Positions 29,086 to 32,000 of a DNA stretch of 32,000 bases are shown in pieces (position 1 is the first letter of the stretch; every line of letters starts with the position of its first letter). The stretch is taken from positions 2,310,001 to 2,342,000 of the forward strand of contig OW818675.1 of the NCBI GenBank assembly GCA_942493095.1. Direction: 5' to 3'. A program made the position numbers and the translations under genes. The notes beneath the pieces are model-generated. The model was given only the letters and a program-made list of their open reading frames with translations. It was not told the DNA's origin and searched no databases. The DNA comes from Candidatus Electronema halotolerans. Lineage in GTDB: Bacteria; Desulfobacterota; Desulfobulbia; Desulfobulbales; Desulfobulbaceae.

Positions 29086-29174
29086 TTGTTTTTCGTTTCA
29101 CATTCCGCGCAAAACCAGATAGTATATTTTTCAGGGTTCCTGAGCTGTGTTCAGACCCTGATGAGGAGATTGAC

Positions 29175-29456
29175 ATGGCCCGCATCACAGTGGAAGACTG
29201 TCTCGCCCAAGTCGGCGATGACAACCGTTTCGCCTTGGTTCACCTTGCGGTGGAGCGCATCCGCCAGCATCGGAACGGCGAGCCGTATTTGGTGGCTGGG
29301 AAGAACAAGGAAGTGGTCATGACCCTGCGCGAGATTGCCGCAGGCAAAGTGACTTTTGCCAATGTTAAGGAACTGGCTCATCGGCGCAAGTCGCAGGAGG
29401 AGTCAAAGGCAGGGGAACGGAAGGAAAGCAGAATTGAGGAGTCGGCGCAGGTCTGA
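29175..29456 (+). CDS. rpoZ: DNA-directed RNA polymerase omega subunit
   Basis: [31 protein letters not shown] ... [16 protein letters not shown]. Confidence 0.95.
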   Translation: MARITVEDCLAQVGDDNRFALVHLAVERIRQHRNGEPYLVAGKNKEVVMTLREIAAGKVTFANVKELAHRRKSQEESKAGERKESRIEESAQV

Positions 29457-29459
29457 GTT

Positions 29460-30581
29460 ATGAGCAGAGATTATTATGAAATCCTCGAAGTGCCGAGGAA
29501 CGCGGACGGGGATGTCATAAAAAAGGCCTACCGCAAGCAGGCCATGCAATATCACCCGGACCGCAATCCAGGCGACAAGGAGGCTGAGGCCAAATTCAAG
29601 GAGGCGGCAGAAGCCTACGAAGTGCTCAGTGATTCGCAGAAGCGGCAGATTTACGATGCCTACGGTCATGACGGCCTGAAGAACAGCGGCTATTCCGGCC
29701 CCGGCGACATGGGAGATATTTTCTCCCATATCAACGAAATGTTCGGCGGCATCTTCGGTTTCAGCGGCAGGGCGCAGCAGCGCAATCCCAATGCGCCGGC
29801 GCAGGGCAATGACCTGCGCTATGACTTGGAAATCTCCTTCATGGACGCGGCCCACGGCGTGGAAAAGGAGGTGGAGATTGAAAAACGGGAAACCTGCTTG
29901 ACCTGCGAGGGCAGCGGAGCCAGGCCGGGCAGTAGCCCGCAGACCTGCCCGACCTGCAAGGGCCGGGGGCAAGTGGTACGCTGGCAAGGTCCTTTTCAGG
30001 TCAGCTCCACTTGCCCGCACTGCCGGGGCGCAGGTCAGACCATTGCCGACCCCTGCGCTGACTGCAACGGCCAAGGGCTGGTGCGCAAGCGGAAAAAGGT
30101 GATGCTGAAAATCCCGGCTGGGGTTGACACTGGCTCGCGGATGCGCCTGACTGGTGAGGGCGAGGGAGGCCGCCGGGGCGGTCGTTCCGGTGATCTCTAT
30201 GTGATCATCCATGTCCGCGAGCACGAATATTTTCTCCGCGACGGTCAGACCGTCTTTCTCCGCTATCCGATCTCAATGGCCAAGGCCGCCTTGGGCTGTG
30301 AAGTGGATGTGCCCACAGTCAATGGCACGGCCAAGCTCAAGATCAAGGCAGGCACCCAGTCCGGCGACCGCTTCACCCTGCGCGGCGAGGGCATTGTCAG
30401 CCTCCGGGGCCGGACTCCGGGCGACATGATCGTGGAGGCGCAGGTCCAGACTCCGACCAATCTGACCACCAGGCAGAAAGAGCTGCTCCAAGAGTTTGAA
30501 GGCTTGAATGGCAAAGAGGAGGAAGGCTTTTTCTCCCGGATGCTGCATGGCTTCACAGGCCGGGAAAAGGAGCAGGGGTGA
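29460..30581 (+). CDS. dnaJ: Chaperone protein DnaJ
   Basis: J-domain [13 protein letters not shown]...[10 protein letters not shown]; G/F region; four CxxCxGxG-like zinc motifs; C-terminal substrate domain. Confidence 0.98.
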   Translation: MSRDYYEILEVPRNADGDVIKKAYRKQAMQYHPDRNPGDKEAEAKFKEAAEAYEVLSDSQKRQIYDAYGHDGLKNSGYSGPGDMGDIFSHINEMFGGIFGFSGRAQQRNPNAPAQGNDLRYDLEISFMDAAHGVEKEVEIEKRETCLTCEGSGARPGSSPQTCPTCKGRGQVVRWQGPFQVSSTCPHCRGAGQTIADPCADCNGQGLVRKRKKVMLKIPAGVDTGSRMRLTGEGEGGRRGGRSGDLYVIIHVREHEYFLRDGQTVFLRYPISMAKAALGCEVDVPTVNGTAKLKIKAGTQSGDRFTLRGEGIVSLRGRTPGDMIVEAQVQTPTNLTTRQKELLQEFEGLNGKEEEGFFSRMLHGFTGREKEQG

Positions 30582-31063
30582 CTGGCGAATTCAGCCACTT
30601 TGATGCTGCCGGGCAGGCGTGGATGGTGGATGTGGGCGCCAAGCCTGAGACCGGACGGCTGGCAGTCGCAGAAGGCCGGATCAGCATGATTCCGGCAGCC
30701 TACGAGCTGGTCAAGGCGGGCGGCATGAAAAAAGGCGACGTGCTTGGCGCAGCCCGGATCGCCGGGATCATGGCGGTCAAGCAGACCAGCAGCCTGATTC
30801 CCCTCTGTCATCCGCTGGCAGTCAGCGGGGCGGAAGTCAATTTTTCCTTTGATGACGCGAACTGCGCCATTGTGATTGAGGCTGCTGTCCGCATCACCGG
30901 CAGAACCGGAGTGGAGATGGAGGCTCTGACCGCAGTGTCGGTCGCGGCCCTCACCATTTACGACATGTGCAAGGCGGTCGATAAGGGCATGGAGATTTCC
31001 CAAATCCGCCTGCTGCGGAAAAGCGGCGGCAGAAGCGGCGATTTCCGCCGGGCGGCAGAATGA
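30578..31063 (+). CDS. moaC: Cyclic pyranopterin monophosphate synthase MoaC
   Basis: 161 aa from GTG; [26 protein letters not shown] ... [31 protein letters not shown]. Confidence 0.96.
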   Translation: MTGEFSHFDAAGQAWMVDVGAKPETGRLAVAEGRISMIPAAYELVKAGGMKKGDVLGAARIAGIMAVKQTSSLIPLCHPLAVSGAEVNFSFDDANCAIVIEAAVRITGRTGVEMEALTAVSVAALTIYDMCKAVDKGMEISQIRLLRKSGGRSGDFRRAAE

Positions 31064-31088
31064 GACCATAAACGAGCAAGGAAGGGTC

Positions 31089-31451
31089 ATGGACAGCGCG
31101 CAGTTGCAGAAATTCAGAGCATTGCTTGAGGATATGAAGCGGGAGATTGTCTCGGATGTTGAGCAGACCATCTCGGAAATGACTGGTCATCAGCTCAACA
31201 CCCCGGACATGGCTGACCGCGCCACGCTGGAGGAGGAGCGCAGCTTTGAGCTGCGCCTGCGCGGCAGGGAGCAGATGCTCTTGGACAAGATCAATCAGGC
31301 CATCGCCCGAATCGACAGCGGCACCTACGGCATCTGCGCCAAGTGTGAGGAGGAGATCGGCATCAAGCGGCTGGAGGCCAGGCCGGTGGCCACCTACTGC
31401 ATTGACTGCAAGATCATGCAGGAGCAGCAGGAAAAAAATATAGGAAGATAA
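31089..31451 (+). CDS. dksA: RNA polymerase-binding TraR/DksA family zinc-finger protein
   Basis: 120 aa; ADRATLEEERSFELRLRGREQMLLDKINQAIARIDSGTYGICAKCEEEIGIKRLEARPVATYCIDCK. Confidence 0.93.
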   Translation: MDSAQLQKFRALLEDMKREIVSDVEQTISEMTGHQLNTPDMADRATLEEERSFELRLRGREQMLLDKINQAIARIDSGTYGICAKCEEEIGIKRLEARPVATYCIDCKIMQEQQEKNIGR

Positions 31452-31455
31452 GAAC

Positions 31456-32000
31456 ATGCCTGAACTGCGCAAGGACCCCATTCTTGGCCGCTGGATCATC
31501 ATCGCCAAAGAGCGGAGCAAGCGGCCCTCAGACTTTGCTGTGGATGCCCATGAGTCGCAAGGCGGCTTCTGTCCGCTCTGCCCGGAACATGAACGGACCA
31601 CGCCGTCGGAGGTGCTGGTCTATGGCCGCAGCTACGGCATGCCGCCCAACTCGCCGGGCTGGAAGCTGCGGGTGGTGCCGAACAAGTATCCGGCCTTGGT
31701 CATTGAGGGCGAATTAGACAAGCAGGGCGACGGGCTGTATGACCGGATGCACGGCATTGGCGCGCATGAGGTGGTGGTGGAAAGCCCGGATCATGCGGCT
31801 CAGTTCCGTCGGCTGCCTCATGACCAGATGATCCTCACCTTCCGGGCCTTTCAGGAGCGGATCCGCGACTTGGCCAAGGACGAGCGCTTCACCTATGTCA
31901 TGGTTTTCAAAAACAATGGCAAGGCTGCCGGGGCCTCGCTGGAGCATTCCCATTCCCAGCTCGTCGCCCTGCCGGTCATGCCGAGAATGCTGGTCTCAGA
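31456..32000 (+). CDS. galT: Galactose-1-phosphate uridylyltransferase (truncated by window end)
   Basis: MPELRKDPILGRWIIIAKERSKRPSDF ... FCPLCPEHERTTP ... VMVFKNNGKAAGASLEHSHSQLVALPVMP (HSHSQ motif). Confidence 0.93.
   Translation, partial: MPELRKDPILGRWIIIAKERSKRPSDFAVDAHESQGGFCPLCPEHERTTPSEVLVYGRSYGMPPNSPGWKLRVVPNKYPALVIEGELDKQGDGLYDRMHGIGAHEVVVESPDHAAQFRRLPHDQMILTFRAFQERIRDLAKDERFTYVMVFKNNGKAAGASLEHSHSQLVALPVMPRMLVS

Noticed and set aside
29403-30224. Minus-strand ORF of 273 aa
   Set aside because: Shadow frame of rpoZ end and dnaJ.

Overview
The window is a gene-dense bacterial chromosomal segment. Its gene content and style suggest a deltaproteobacterial (Desulfobulbales-like) genome, but that is inference only. 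Recognisable housekeeping genes: gyrA, a hemerythrin, a cell-envelope cluster (GT9 glycosyltransferase, flippase-like protein, LptF/G permease, M23 peptidase), rng, diacylglycerol kinase, and a purA-rpoZ-dnaJ-moaC-dksA-galT stretch. Accessory or unusual parts: (1) a tightly coupled three-gene minus-strand operon (17919-20213) with a small coiled-coil-like protein, a vWA/MIDAS protein and a divergent PurA-like (adenylosuccinate synthetase superfamily) protein, distinct from the canonical purA at 27781; (2) a two-gene unit (5333-7263) of a tiny membrane protein and a TPR protein sharing a short GGDN[I/V]GRDK motif, preceded by seven tandem 23-24-bp palindromic units (7389-7550); (3) an O-antigen ligase/polymerase-TPR gene split by a 99-bp MITE-like element with 16-bp perfect terminal inverted repeats and a 4-bp TTGA target duplication; (4) a decayed duplicate of the start of that gene; (5) a toxin-antitoxin island with one intact PIN/Phd-like pair in toxin-first order and two degenerate TA remnants; (6) an LptF-type permease with a C-terminal cysteine/histidine module; (7) a perfect palindrome that supplies the stop codons of two convergent genes. 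Best candidate for an undescribed system: the small protein-vWA-PurA-like operon, then the GGDN-motif membrane/TPR pair with its palindromic array.
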